Shown in pieces: positions 40,318 to 49,646 of a stretch of DNA of 64,000 bases. This DNA is from Candidatus Aegiribacteria sp. Lineage in GTDB: Bacteria; Fermentibacterota; Fermentibacteria; Fermentibacterales; JCC-6. The translations under genes and the position numbers were made by a program. The stretch lies in the NCBI GenBank assembly GCA_030594645.1, contig JAUVEU010000007.1, positions 1,158 through 65,157 of the forward strand, given 5' to 3'. Below the pieces are notes generated by a model. It had not been told where the DNA came from. It saw only the letters and a program-made list of their open reading frames with translations, and did not search any database. Within the stretch, counting starts at the first letter, position 1, and every line of letters begins with the position of its first letter.

Positions 40318-42161
40318 AAATCTCTGAAAATACATTTGACGTAATAGTTATTGGAGGAGGACATGCTGGAATAGAAGCTGTTCTTGCGGCTGAAAGAATG
40401 GGTTGCAGCACCCTGCTTGTAACGGCCAGGTATAGCAGAATCGGTGAAATGTCATGCAATCCGGCAATAGGTGGTATAGCGAAAGGGACGCTTGTTCGCG
40501 AGATTGATACTCTCGATGGATCAATGGGAAAAGCAGCTGACGCTACAAGACTTCATTTCAGGATGCTCAACAGGAGAAAAGGGCCAGCGGTATGGGGTCC
40601 AAGAGTGCAATCGGATGCAGATGCTTACGCTCTGTTTCAAAGGAATTATCTGGAAAGAAAAGCAATCAGGATCCTGGAAGATGAAGTAATTGCGCTTGAG
40701 GGAAGTACAGAAAATCCAGAGGGGATAAAGTGTAGAAAGAACGGCGTGGTACTAGGGAGAACAATAGTGATGGCTGTAGGCACGTTTTTAAGAGGCAGGC
40801 TGTTCAGGGGGCAGAGCGAATGGAGAGGCGGCAGAATTGGAGATATTGCGTCTGATAACCTCGAGGAAGACATAAGAAGAAGACTGTTCCACGTGGAACG
40901 TTTCAAAACCGGAACACCGGCAAGAATTGTAAGAACATCAGTAGACACAGGTGAACTCGGGATTCAGGAATCAGAGGAAACAGATTTCAGGTTCAGCACG
41001 GACAGAAAAGACCTGCCTGGAAACCGCGAAGTATGCTATTTAACAAAAACTAACAGAAACACAATGATTGCTGCAAAAGAGTACATGCATCTTTCTCCGC
41101 TTCTTGCGGGACGAATTGACGGAATAGGACCGAGGTACTGTCCGAGTTATGAGGATAAGGTAGTCAAATTCCCGGAAAGAGAGCAGCACAATATATATGT
41201 TGAACCTATGGGATACAGATCAAGGATATTTTACCTGAACGGACTTTCAAGCAGCCTTCCTGCAGAAGCCCAGGAAAAGATGGTTCGCAGTCTTCCAGGC
41301 TTCGAAAAGGCGATTATCTCTGATTACGGTTACGCCGTTGAATACTCGTATTTTCATCATACAGAGATAGCACCGTCATTAAGATTGAGAAGAACACATA
41401 ATGTATTTGTCGCAGGACAGATGTGCGGAACATCAGGGTATGAAGAAGCAGCAGCACAGGGGCTTCTTGCAGGGGCAAACGCAGCAGGAATCGTAAAGGG
41501 AGCCAAGCAGCTTACTCCATCGAGAGGCAATTCATACATGGGGGTTATGATCGATGACATAGTCTCAAAGGGAACGGACGAACCTTACAGACTTTTTTCA
41601 TCCAGGGCTGAAAACAGATTGCATATAAGACAGGACAACGCCGACCGGCGCCTCTATGAGTTCGGAAAATCATTGGGCGTTCTGTCAGAAGGAAAATCCT
41701 TGCTTCTAGAGCTTAACATGAAAGAGGCAGCGGAAATAGAAACCGTACTCAGTGAAAGCATAATAGAAAGATGCCAGGCTGCGATTTGGTGCAGAAGGCC
41801 TGGGGCGGAAGCAGAACGATTGGCTGAACTGATACCAACGCTTTCATCGTTCAGCAGAGATAGAATATTCTCAGTGATGCTTGATGAGAAATACAGCGGC
41901 TATATAAGAAGAAGTATGAAAAGGGATGAATCAAGAAGAAGGGCCTCATCAGTTAATCTGAGCAGTATTACTTCATATATGGAGATAAAGGAAATATGCT
42001 GGGAAGCGAGAGAGGTTCTGGAGAAGGCGAAACCCCGCACACTGGCAGAAGCAGAAAGAATTCCGGGTATCAGGCCAACCGATCTGGAAGGGCTGCTGCT
42101 CCATCTTGCAGGAAAGCGTTCCACGTGGAACAGTTCCATCAAGAAAGAAACAGATCAGTGA
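40314..42161 (+). CDS. mnmG: tRNA uridine-34 modification enzyme MnmG (GidA)
   Basis: GGGHAG, MSCNPAIGG, KTGTP, GPRYCPS and GTSGYEEAAAQG motifs. ATGA overlap with mnmE. Confidence 0.97.
   Translation: MKISENTFDVIVIGGGHAGIEAVLAAERMGCSTLLVTARYSRIGEMSCNPAIGGIAKGTLVREIDTLDGSMGKAADATRLHFRMLNRRKGPAVWGPRVQSDADAYALFQRNYLERKAIRILEDEVIALEGSTENPEGIKCRKNGVVLGRTIVMAVGTFLRGRLFRGQSEWRGGRIGDIASDNLEEDIRRRLFHVERFKTGTPARIVRTSVDTGELGIQESEETDFRFSTDRKDLPGNREVCYLTKTNRNTMIAAKEYMHLSPLLAGRIDGIGPRYCPSYEDKVVKFPEREQHNIYVEPMGYRSRIFYLNGLSSSLPAEAQEKMVRSLPGFEKAIISDYGYAVEYSYFHHTEIAPSLRLRRTHNVFVAGQMCGTSGYEEAAAQGLLAGANAAGIVKGAKQLTPSRGNSYMGVMIDDIVSKGTDEPYRLFSSRAENRLHIRQDNADRRLYEFGKSLGVLSEGKSLLLELNMKEAAEIETVLSESIIERCQAAIWCRRPGAEAERLAELIPTLSSFSRDRIFSVMLDEKYSGYIRRSMKRDESRRRASSVNLSSITSYMEIKEICWEAREVLEKAKPRTLAEAERIPGIRPTDLEGLLLHLAGKRSTWNSSIKKETDQ
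40885..40900. promoter_or_regulatory. parS: parS site
   Basis: TGTTCCACGTGGAACG, one mismatch to the TGTTNCACGTGNAACA consensus; near oriC and parAB. Confidence 0.85.
42117..42132. promoter_or_regulatory. parS: parS site
   Basis: CGTTCCACGTGGAACA, the reverse complement of the 40885 site. Confidence 0.85.
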
Positions 42162-42787
42162 GTTTCCCGACACAATACTTTCCGGACGAAATCAGGATGC
42201 ATAAGGACTGCGGCTTGCTTAAGTTCGATTTGACTGGCGAGCAGGCTGAATTGCTCAAGGAATTTGCGAAAATTCTTTTGCTGAGATCACTGAAAACAAA
42301 TCTAATAGGACCACGGGAAAGATACAGGTTATGGGAAAGGCACATTCTTGAATCAATATCATATATCCAGCTGATCGACAGGAACCGTAAAGTTGTTGAT
42401 ATAGGCAGCGGGGCAGGATTTCCAGGGCTTGTGCTTGGGATTCTTGGTTTGAAGACTGTTCTTCTGGAACCAAGAAGAAAAAGACATGAGTTTCTGTCTC
42501 ACGTAACAAAAGAACTCGGCCTGTCAGAAACAGAAGTAGTTGCTGTCAGAATAGAGGATGCCAATCCGGACATTCTTGGAGATCAGTTCATAGCAAGAAC
42601 CGTGGCGCCACCGGACATTCTTCTGGAACTGATCAGGAGGAGAAAAGAAGGAGATTCAATACTGATTTATAGAGTACCGGCTGACATGGAACTTACAAAG
42701 GGGAAGAAGTACATAAAACTTGAATGTCCACCGCTTGACCGACCAGGATTTCTGGTGCAGTATCAGACCTGTTCGCAAATTGAATGA
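42158..42787 (+). CDS. rsmG: 16S rRNA m7G527 methyltransferase RsmG (GidB)
   Basis: NLIG, RHILES, DIGSGAGFPG and EPRRKR motifs. GTGA overlap with the mnmG stop gives start 42158. Confidence 0.92.
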   Translation: MSFPTQYFPDEIRMHKDCGLLKFDLTGEQAELLKEFAKILLLRSLKTNLIGPRERYRLWERHILESISYIQLIDRNRKVVDIGSGAGFPGLVLGILGLKTVLLEPRRKRHEFLSHVTKELGLSETEVVAVRIEDANPDILGDQFIARTVAPPDILLELIRRRKEGDSILIYRVPADMELTKGKKYIKLECPPLDRPGFLVQYQTCSQIE

Positions 42788-42829
42788 TATCAGCTGCTTG
42801 ACAGGGTATAGTTTTGAAAAGAGCCATAT

Positions 42830-43591
42830 ATGAATGAAACCAGCATCATCGCAGTAGCAAATCAGAAAGGTGGTGTTGGGAAAACAACTACAGTTATTAA
42901 CCTTGGTGCGAGCCTTGCGATGAATAACAAAGATATCCTGATGATAGATTTTGACCCCCAGGCAAATGCTACCAGCGGCTTTGGAATGGATAGCAATCGG
43001 GAAACTGATGTATGTTCACTTATTCTTGGTAAGCACAGCCTTGAGGAAGTTATAGTCAAGACAGAGGTTGAAGGTCTTTATCTGGTGCCTGGATCTCGCG
43101 ATCTTGCGGGTCTTGAGATCGAACTTGCAGGTGCGGAGGAAAGAGAATTCCTTCTCGTAGAGGCTCTGGAGAAGAGTGTGGACAGATTCGACTATGTTCT
43201 TATTGACTGTCCTCCATCTCTGGGCTTGCTGACAATTAATGCTCTTGTTGCGGCGACAGAGGTGCTTATTACCTTACAGAGTGAATATTATGCGCTCGAA
43301 GGGCTTTCACACCTTATGAGTACGATTAGGAATATCCGGAAACGGTGGAATGCAGATCTTTCAGTTAGCGGTGTTGTGCTTACGATGTTCGATGGGCGCC
43401 TGAAACTGAGTCAGGAAGTTGCTTTGGATGTTAAAGAGCATCTTGGTTCAATTCTTTACAAAACGCGCATTCCAAGAAATGTAAAGTTAAGTGAGGCACC
43501 AAGTTATGGCATGCCAGTGATTCTTTACGACGCCAGATCAAAGGGAGCCTCAAGTTATTTGAATCTGGCTGAGGAGGTGCTGCAAAGGTGA
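42830..43591 (+). CDS. parA: chromosome partitioning ATPase ParA/Soj
   Basis: NQKGGVGKTT, DPQAN, DCPPSLG and EAPSYG motifs. Confidence 0.96.
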   Translation: MNETSIIAVANQKGGVGKTTTVINLGASLAMNNKDILMIDFDPQANATSGFGMDSNRETDVCSLILGKHSLEEVIVKTEVEGLYLVPGSRDLAGLEIELAGAEEREFLLVEALEKSVDRFDYVLIDCPPSLGLLTINALVAATEVLITLQSEYYALEGLSHLMSTIRNIRKRWNADLSVSGVVLTMFDGRLKLSQEVALDVKEHLGSILYKTRIPRNVKLSEAPSYGMPVILYDARSKGASSYLNLAEEVLQR

Positions 43592-44466
43592 CAACAAGGA
43601 AACGTAGAGCTCTTGGAAAGGGTCTTGAAGAAATATTCCCCGGAATAGATGATGAAAACAATTTGTTCCGTTCTATGGAAGTTGATATCGATCTGATAGA
43701 CCCCAATCCTTTCCAGCCGAGAAAGGAATGGAAACCTGAAGAAATCACTTCACTGGCAGCTTCTATTAGATCGCAGGGAATAATTCAGCCCCTTATTCTG
43801 AAGAAGGAGGGGAAAAGATACCAGCTGATTGCAGGTGAAAGGCGCCTGAGGGCAGCCAGGGAAGCAGGCCTTAAAAAAGTTCCCGTAATTGTCAGGGAAG
43901 CCAGCAAAGAACAGATGCTTGCTCTCGCGCTGATAGAGAACATTCAGCGACAGGATCTTGGTCCCATGGAAAAGGCAGAAGCCTTTCAAAGACTGTCGAG
44001 CGAGTTTAACCTTACCCAGGAGGATATGGGAAATAGAGTTGGAATGAGCAGATCCTCTGTTGCTAATTTCATGCGATTGCTTGATTTACCCGAATCAATC
44101 AAGAAAATGCTAAGGGAAGGGAAGCTTCAAATGGGACACGGAAGAGCTATTCTTGGTCTCAATGATACATCAGCAATGCAGAGGGCAGCGGTAGCAGCAT
44201 TCAAAAGAAATATGTCTGTAAGACAGCTTGAAGAAAAAATCCGCCTGCTTGTTTCAGGAACAAAGAAAAAACCTGCAGCAGCTGCAAAAAGAACTACACC
44301 GGAGGAAAAAGTGCTGGTGGAAACTCTCCAGCGGCTTCTTAAAACGAGGGTGAGAATCAGAGGTTCAGGAAAAATGGGCAGAATTGAAATAAGCTATCAC
44401 AGCCTTGATGAACTGGAAAGAATCCTTGATCTTATCAGATCCGGCGCAAAGAGAAGCGTTAAATAA
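43588..44466 (+). CDS. parB: chromosome partitioning protein ParB/Spo0J
   Basis: N-terminal ALGKGL, PNPFQPR, AGERRLRA, ENIQR and HTH. Confidence 0.96.
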   Translation: MTTRKRRALGKGLEEIFPGIDDENNLFRSMEVDIDLIDPNPFQPRKEWKPEEITSLAASIRSQGIIQPLILKKEGKRYQLIAGERRLRAAREAGLKKVPVIVREASKEQMLALALIENIQRQDLGPMEKAEAFQRLSSEFNLTQEDMGNRVGMSRSSVANFMRLLDLPESIKKMLREGKLQMGHGRAILGLNDTSAMQRAAVAAFKRNMSVRQLEEKIRLLVSGTKKKPAAAAKRTTPEEKVLVETLQRLLKTRVRIRGSGKMGRIEISYHSLDELERILDLIRSGAKRSVK

Positions 44467-44468
44467 TG

Positions 44469-44497
44469 TTGACTGGCTATTTGGCAATAGATATAGT
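44469..44497 (+). promoter_or_regulatory. sigma70 promoter of the ferredoxin gene
   Basis: TTGACT-17 nt-TATAGT. Confidence 0.6.
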
Positions 44498-44554
44498 CCT
44501 TTACCTGTAATTGTTGAAGCAGACGTTCATATTCAGAACAGAAAAGGAGAGGCA

Positions 44555-44722
44555 ATGGCGCACATCATTAATGATGATTGTATTGCTTGCGGAGCATGCA
44601 AGCCGGAATGTCCTGTTGACGCTATCAGCGAAGGCGAAAAGTACGTGATAGATAAGGATGCCTGCATAGATTGCGGCGCATGTGTTCCCGCATGCCCTGT
44701 TGGAGCAATAGAAGCTCCCTGA
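44555..44722 (+). CDS. fdx: clostridial-type 2[4Fe-4S] ferredoxin (55 aa)
   Basis: Two CxxCxxCxxxCP motifs; AGGAG RBS before ATG 44555. Confidence 0.95.
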   Translation: MAHIINDDCIACGACKPECPVDAISEGEKYVIDKDACIDCGACVPACPVGAIEAP

Positions 44723-44741
44723 TAAGGCATCGCGGTATATT

Positions 44742-44774
44742 ATGGAAGCCCGGATTTTCATTCCGGGCTTCTAT
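44742..44774. terminator. hairpin terminator between convergent genes
   Basis: gaagcccgga-ttttcat-tccgggcttc. Confidence 0.7.
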
Positions 44775-44786
44775 CCATTTACTGAT

Positions 44787-47609
44787 TCAGTCACCCAGAG
44801 ATTCAAGTCTGAAAAGATCGTGATCCTTCATTTCCAGGGCAAGCTCCCCAAGAGTAATGCCGCGGTAGATTCTGAGTATCCGTTTAAGTCGGAAAGTGGT
44901 TTTTCTGCCTGAATTATGATGTTGTCTGAAACGCTGGAAGGCACTCATTCTATTGGAGATATTCAGCGAATCAATTTCCCAGGGATGGAAATATAGAACT
45001 GGAATTCTACCGGTTCTGGAAATGCTTCTGAGAAGCATTCTGTGAAAAGCGCCAGGATAGAATCTCATATAAGCTCCACCTGCTGCAGGCAGCTTTACAC
45101 GCAGAAATTGAATGGACGCGAGAGGCAGCTCAAGAATAGAATCTTTCTCACCCTTTAGTTCAAAAGGAGAAAGTGGCGCGCAGGGCATACCGTATCGATG
45201 CCTGAACATGGGATAAATACTGCTGTCATACCTGTAACCGCGAGCAACAATCTCATCAATAACCCATTTGGTTCCGGAAGTAACAGAAAAACTGGGCGCC
45301 CTGAATCCAATCGGTTCCGGTATGGATAAAGGTTCGACAAGCTTCTGGAAACGATCAATGTTTCTGCAGAACTCATCGCGCGATTGCATGGAGAGTTCAA
45401 GGTGATGATAGCCGTGGTAGCCTATTTCGTGTCCTTCCTGGACTATTTTCTGAGCGAGTTCAGGATGGCGCTCAAGAAGCCACCCGAGAAAGAAAAAAGT
45501 TGCTTTTGCCTTATGAGCGCTTAGAAGGTCAAGAATATCGTTCAGTGTTTCAGGTGTCCTGGAGTCCATGCTGTTCCACTGTTCCTGAGGATACCATTTT
45601 CTTGCGGCGTAGGTCTGGAACCATTCCTCAATATCGAATGACAGGGCAACCCTTGGTCTGGGGATCTTTATACCGGCTATGTCTCCGCCCATATCCCGGA
45701 ATCGATCCACATCATCCTTCGAAGGGAAGTAATTGAAAGTTGCTTTATCGGAAGAATTCTCAAACAGTTTGTAATCACCACGTTGTATAATCGAAAGTCC
45801 TTCAGAGACAAGATCGGCAGTAATTCGTTTTGATTCCACCTGAAGCAGTTGAACAGATATGTTTTCTATGGAGGCATCAAAAGGTTTCTGAATAAGAATT
45901 CCTCCTGCATCGAGTTTCTTTTCCATCTTATGAAGAGTAACGCCAGGCTGATCTCCGTGGAAAAGAGACCAGAAAGTCGGAAGCATTCCACGGTTTGCGG
46001 GAAGGAGAGAAGAATGCACATTCCAGGCTCCGAGTCTGGGGATTGCGAGCGTACTCTTACTTAGAATCTGTGGACATGCCAGAGAAAGAAAAATATCCGG
46101 ATCAAGGTTTCTAAGCAGATCGTTGGAATCAGGGCTATTTATTCTGTCCAACTTAATGTAATCAGCATGCATTCTGGAAGCTGTCTGTTTCAACGAATGG
46201 GGAAAGCGGGTGGGTAACCTGATAAAGCCTGCTGTCTTAAAAGATAAAAAGCGGATCAGCTCCCGGAAGAATCCGGAAGGACCATAAAGAGCTGTATAGC
46301 GCTTTAAGTTCAGTACTGGTTTCTTCAATGATCCATGTCCGGGAAGAGAGACGAGAGTATACCTGTTGAAGGGGTTTTTCCTGATGATATTTGTGACAGT
46401 CCGGGGAATATTGAAAGGTTCGTTATCACAAAGAAAAACTATACTCATCTCTGGAGAGCTTATTCTGGTGTAGAGATCAAATAAGCAATCAACCATCCTG
46501 CGAGCGGAAAAGGGTTCTATGTCATCATCCACAGATGACAAAAGATGAGTGACAGTAGAGGGGGAATCCAGCAGGCTTATAACACCTCCGGCAAGAGCGG
46601 GTATATCGCCTTCGGGAAACAGTAATCCATTTCGATTCCCATCGACAAGTTCATGAATGCCGCCGACATCGGTAGACACAACAGGAATCCCTGCAGCAAG
46701 GCATTCCAGCAGAGCTCTTGGAAGCCCCTCTGTACGTGATGTTATCAGAAAGAGATCGAAAGCAGGCAGGATTTCTGCAATATCCTTTCTGCTTCCGACA
46801 AGAAGAAAGCTATCCTGAAGATTATGAGATTCAATCCATTTTTCTGTCTGTTTCATGAGGGGGCCGTCACCGACAAGAACAAACAGAACGTCGGGTTTAT
46901 GCTTGATAACCAGAGAGGCGACTTTAACAAAAATGTCGGGTGCTTTCTCCTGACAGAAACGCATAACTGACCCGATAACAGGAATGTCAATCGGGAGATC
47001 AAGCTTTGCTCTTGCCTCGGACTTATTGCCTCTTGCCTTTCGGAATTCCTCGAAATCAACTCCGCTTCGAATAATCATGTAGCTGTCCCTGGATCCGATT
47101 CCGAATCTGACAGCTTTATCGCGATCTCGGGAGCTAACGGCGATATTGGCGTGAGCAAGCCTGAAACCGATCTTTTCAAGCGAGATGTAAAACCATTTTT
47201 TTAAAGAGTGCATGGAATCATAGAAAGGCCATCCATGGGCAGTCTGTATTATTTTTACTTCAGGAAAAGAGGCAGCAGCAAGCCTCCCGAGGAATCGAGC
47301 CTTTGATCCATGTGTATGAACGATATCATAATTCCCGTCTTTTATAATATTTCGAATCTCGAAAAAAGCGATCAAATCATTAACAGGAGATATCTCTCTT
47401 TTGAGATGAGGAGCCAGAAGAAGGTTAATATCCCATTCTCTGACAAGATCATACAAATCCCCTTCAGAAGGTCTCTCAGGTCCGGTGAGGATATCTGAAG
47501 GGTAACCTTTTTCTGATATATCTCTGGTGGAAATAAGCGTATTCATCTGGGCACCACCAACAGCAATTTTCGTGATTATATGGAGTACACGGACTTTTCT
47601 TTCTGACAT
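44787..47609 (-). CDS. fusion: GT4 glycosyltransferase + formyltransferase + NodB-type polysaccharide deacetylase (DUF3473-like)
   Basis: GT4 EGLPRALLE (Ex7E); formyltransferase NVHSSLLP..RG and LDAG; deacetylase SFDIEEW, HGYHH, FRAPSFS, YDSS and YFHPWE. Confidence 0.85.
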   Translation of the reverse strand: MSERKVRVLHIITKIAVGGAQMNTLISTRDISEKGYPSDILTGPERPSEGDLYDLVREWDINLLLAPHLKREISPVNDLIAFFEIRNIIKDGNYDIVHTHGSKARFLGRLAAASFPEVKIIQTAHGWPFYDSMHSLKKWFYISLEKIGFRLAHANIAVSSRDRDKAVRFGIGSRDSYMIIRSGVDFEEFRKARGNKSEARAKLDLPIDIPVIGSVMRFCQEKAPDIFVKVASLVIKHKPDVLFVLVGDGPLMKQTEKWIESHNLQDSFLLVGSRKDIAEILPAFDLFLITSRTEGLPRALLECLAAGIPVVSTDVGGIHELVDGNRNGLLFPEGDIPALAGGVISLLDSPSTVTHLLSSVDDDIEPFSARRMVDCLFDLYTRISSPEMSIVFLCDNEPFNIPRTVTNIIRKNPFNRYTLVSLPGHGSLKKPVLNLKRYTALYGPSGFFRELIRFLSFKTAGFIRLPTRFPHSLKQTASRMHADYIKLDRINSPDSNDLLRNLDPDIFLSLACPQILSKSTLAIPRLGAWNVHSSLLPANRGMLPTFWSLFHGDQPGVTLHKMEKKLDAGGILIQKPFDASIENISVQLLQVESKRITADLVSEGLSIIQRGDYKLFENSSDKATFNYFPSKDDVDRFRDMGGDIAGIKIPRPRVALSFDIEEWFQTYAARKWYPQEQWNSMDSRTPETLNDILDLLSAHKAKATFFFLGWLLERHPELAQKIVQEGHEIGYHGYHHLELSMQSRDEFCRNIDRFQKLVEPLSIPEPIGFRAPSFSVTSGTKWVIDEIVARGYRYDSSIYPMFRHRYGMPCAPLSPFELKGEKDSILELPLASIQFLRVKLPAAGGAYMRFYPGAFHRMLLRSISRTGRIPVLYFHPWEIDSLNISNRMSAFQRFRQHHNSGRKTTFRLKRILRIYRGITLGELALEMKDHDLFRLESLGD

Positions 47610-47612
47610 TAC

Positions 47613-48179
47613 TCAGTCCGTACGTGAGTTTCCGCTGTTTGTGGTGGGTTTGCAGAAAAGGGCGTAAAGGTAGAAGAGGGCAAGAACCACAGTAAGACCG
47701 GAGTAGAACAACGGGCTGATGAAAAGACAACCGATAGCCCAGAACAGGAGAAGAGGTATCAATATGATGCGAAAATGCTTTTTTCTGGTCCAGGTGCGGT
47801 CAGGGGGGTAAGAAGAAAACAATCTGAAGAGATCTTCAGCAATACTGAAAAGAACCACGGAAAGAGCAACGAGCAGAAGATGAAAGATCATTCCTCCGGC
47901 CAGGTGCTGATTATCAATGAGGGCAAAAGCAGATGTGATGAAAGGGAGAAAAATCATGCCCGTGAGGAGAGTTATAAAACCTGTCACCATAAGCCTGTCA
48001 GCCGTCAGGACAGGATACTTCTCCTTCAGGTGACGAACCATTGTATGCATAAGAATACGTGACAGACGAAATAGCCCAATGATCACAAGAATAACAAAGG
48101 CAACCATGCCGTAGTCAATCAGTCTTTCAGTCAAATGAATCCTCCCGATCCAAGAAAATCCGTATTTCAGACAAAGCAA
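47613..48179 (-). CDS. hypothetical integral membrane protein
   Basis: About 5 hydrophobic segments, same strand as its neighbours; start uncertain. Confidence 0.6.
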   Translation of the reverse strand: MLCLKYGFSWIGRIHLTERLIDYGMVAFVILVIIGLFRLSRILMHTMVRHLKEKYPVLTADRLMVTGFITLLTGMIFLPFITSAFALIDNQHLAGGMIFHLLLVALSVVLFSIAEDLFRLFSSYPPDRTWTRKKHFRIILIPLLLFWAIGCLFISPLFYSGLTVVLALFYLYALFCKPTTNSGNSRTD

Positions 48180-48212
48180 TATACAATTCAGTCAATTCAA
48201 GACACAGATAGA

Positions 48213-48809
48213 TCAATCCTTGAGATCCTTTGTCTGGTAGAAGTAACCGGTGATTGCAAAAATCGCTGTCAGAGCAATTCCGATGATGAATCCGCTGTTA
48301 GTATTTTCGGTATACATCCCGATTGTTCTGAGAAAACCAGCACGGTCAAGAATATCCAGAGCTGAAGATCCGGCGACATAGCCTCCGGCCAGAGCGGTTA
48401 TGAACGCAATGACAGGAGTTCTGTATACCTGTACAAGAATACCGATAGCAAGAGCAATTCCAGCATGAGCAACGCCTGGAATTCCAGGAAGAAGCCCCCT
48501 CACGGCAAAAAGACCTATAACCGTGCCGGCAAAGAACATTGATATCTTCCAGGCAACAACGGAAAGTCCGGCTGATACTAATCCGGTCACCCATGGAATC
48601 CAGGGGGAACTGCTGATGGTTTGATTAAGGGCATCGCAGACAACCTGCGCGCCAAGGGAATAACCGATCAGAAATCCGAAAAGAAGAATGACGAAACCAA
48701 GTAACTTCTTCCCGAAGAAACAGAATATAAGACCGATAACCAGTCCTGCAATCGAAAGAGTAAGAAGATCTGTCTCAAAAATAAGATGCATATAGCTTTC
48801 CTTTCTCAA
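48213..48809 (-). CDS. DUF4203/TMEM198-like membrane protein
   Basis: GL.FCFFG.KL, GFL.G and TAL.G pattern; about 7 TM. Confidence 0.7.
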   Translation of the reverse strand: MRKESYMHLIFETDLLTLSIAGLVIGLIFCFFGKKLLGFVILLFGFLIGYSLGAQVVCDALNQTISSSPWIPWVTGLVSAGLSVVAWKISMFFAGTVIGLFAVRGLLPGIPGVAHAGIALAIGILVQVYRTPVIAFITALAGGYVAGSSALDILDRAGFLRTIGMYTENTNSGFIIGIALTAIFAITGYFYQTKDLKD

Positions 48810-49498
48810 TTCCTTTCTGTTGTATTCAGAAGGGTAAGAATAGATCCAATACCGTTAATTGCATATCCTGACTTAATGTCAAGCCCTCGATTAAGGTCGT
48901 TAAGCACAAGAACACTTTGAAAACCGCCTTCCTCTGCCGCTCTGATGCCTTTCCAGGAATCCTCGAAGACCAGGATATCAGAAGGCAGAACGCCCATCCT
49001 TGAAGCGGCAAGAAGGAAAATGTCTGGAGCAGGCTTTTTCCTTAAACCCTCTCCTCCTACAAGAGCAGGAACATGTGCGTTGGAATGCTGGAGAATCTCC
49101 TTCACAATCCATGAACGTGTATTCGAAGCAATGCAGAAAGGGCGTATAGACATTTCAGACACGGAGGAAAGTCTGGCCAGCAACTCTTTTACCCGTGGAA
49201 ACAGCGGGATATCTCCCCGTCTGCAATAACCCTCATATATCTCCCTCTGAGAAAGAGCCGCTTGATCAGCATCTATGTTCTGAAGACCGTTTCTCCGGAT
49301 CTCACCTTCCAGCCCTTCACCAAGTGAAGACCAGTACAGCCAGTAATCCTCAGGGGTAATTGAATGGCCCCATGGCTCGAGCGCAGCATTCCAGGATCTT
49401 CTGAAAAAGGGTTCGCTGTCTGCCAGAACGCCGTCAAAATCGAAAAGGGCGGCTCCGCATTTATTCCATGCTTCAGCCAGTTTATCAGAGGCGTTCAT
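48806..49498 (-). CDS. HAD-superfamily phosphatase (beta-PGM-like)
   Basis: FDFDGVLADSE, KPAPDIF and VFEDS motifs. Confidence 0.9.
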   Translation of the reverse strand: MNASDKLAEAWNKCGAALFDFDGVLADSEPFFRRSWNAALEPWGHSITPEDYWLYWSSLGEGLEGEIRRNGLQNIDADQAALSQREIYEGYCRRGDIPLFPRVKELLARLSSVSEMSIRPFCIASNTRSWIVKEILQHSNAHVPALVGGEGLRKKPAPDIFLLAASRMGVLPSDILVFEDSWKGIRAAEEGGFQSVLVLNDLNRGLDIKSGYAINGIGSILTLLNTTERN

Positions 49499-49646
49499 TA
49501 TTCAGCATTCCGTTCCTTTCACCTTGGCCTTACGTGAATCTGGTTACATAATACAAAATCCGACAGCACAGAGACCACATTGCTGTTTGATTAAGAGTGT
49601 GCCATACGATCTTTACAGGAAGATAACAGGTTCGGGGGGGGTTGAA

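Noticed and set aside
49634-49641. G8 tract upstream of ptb as a phase-variation site
   Set aside because: It occupies the SD position of the TTG start and is short; there is no evidence of length variation.
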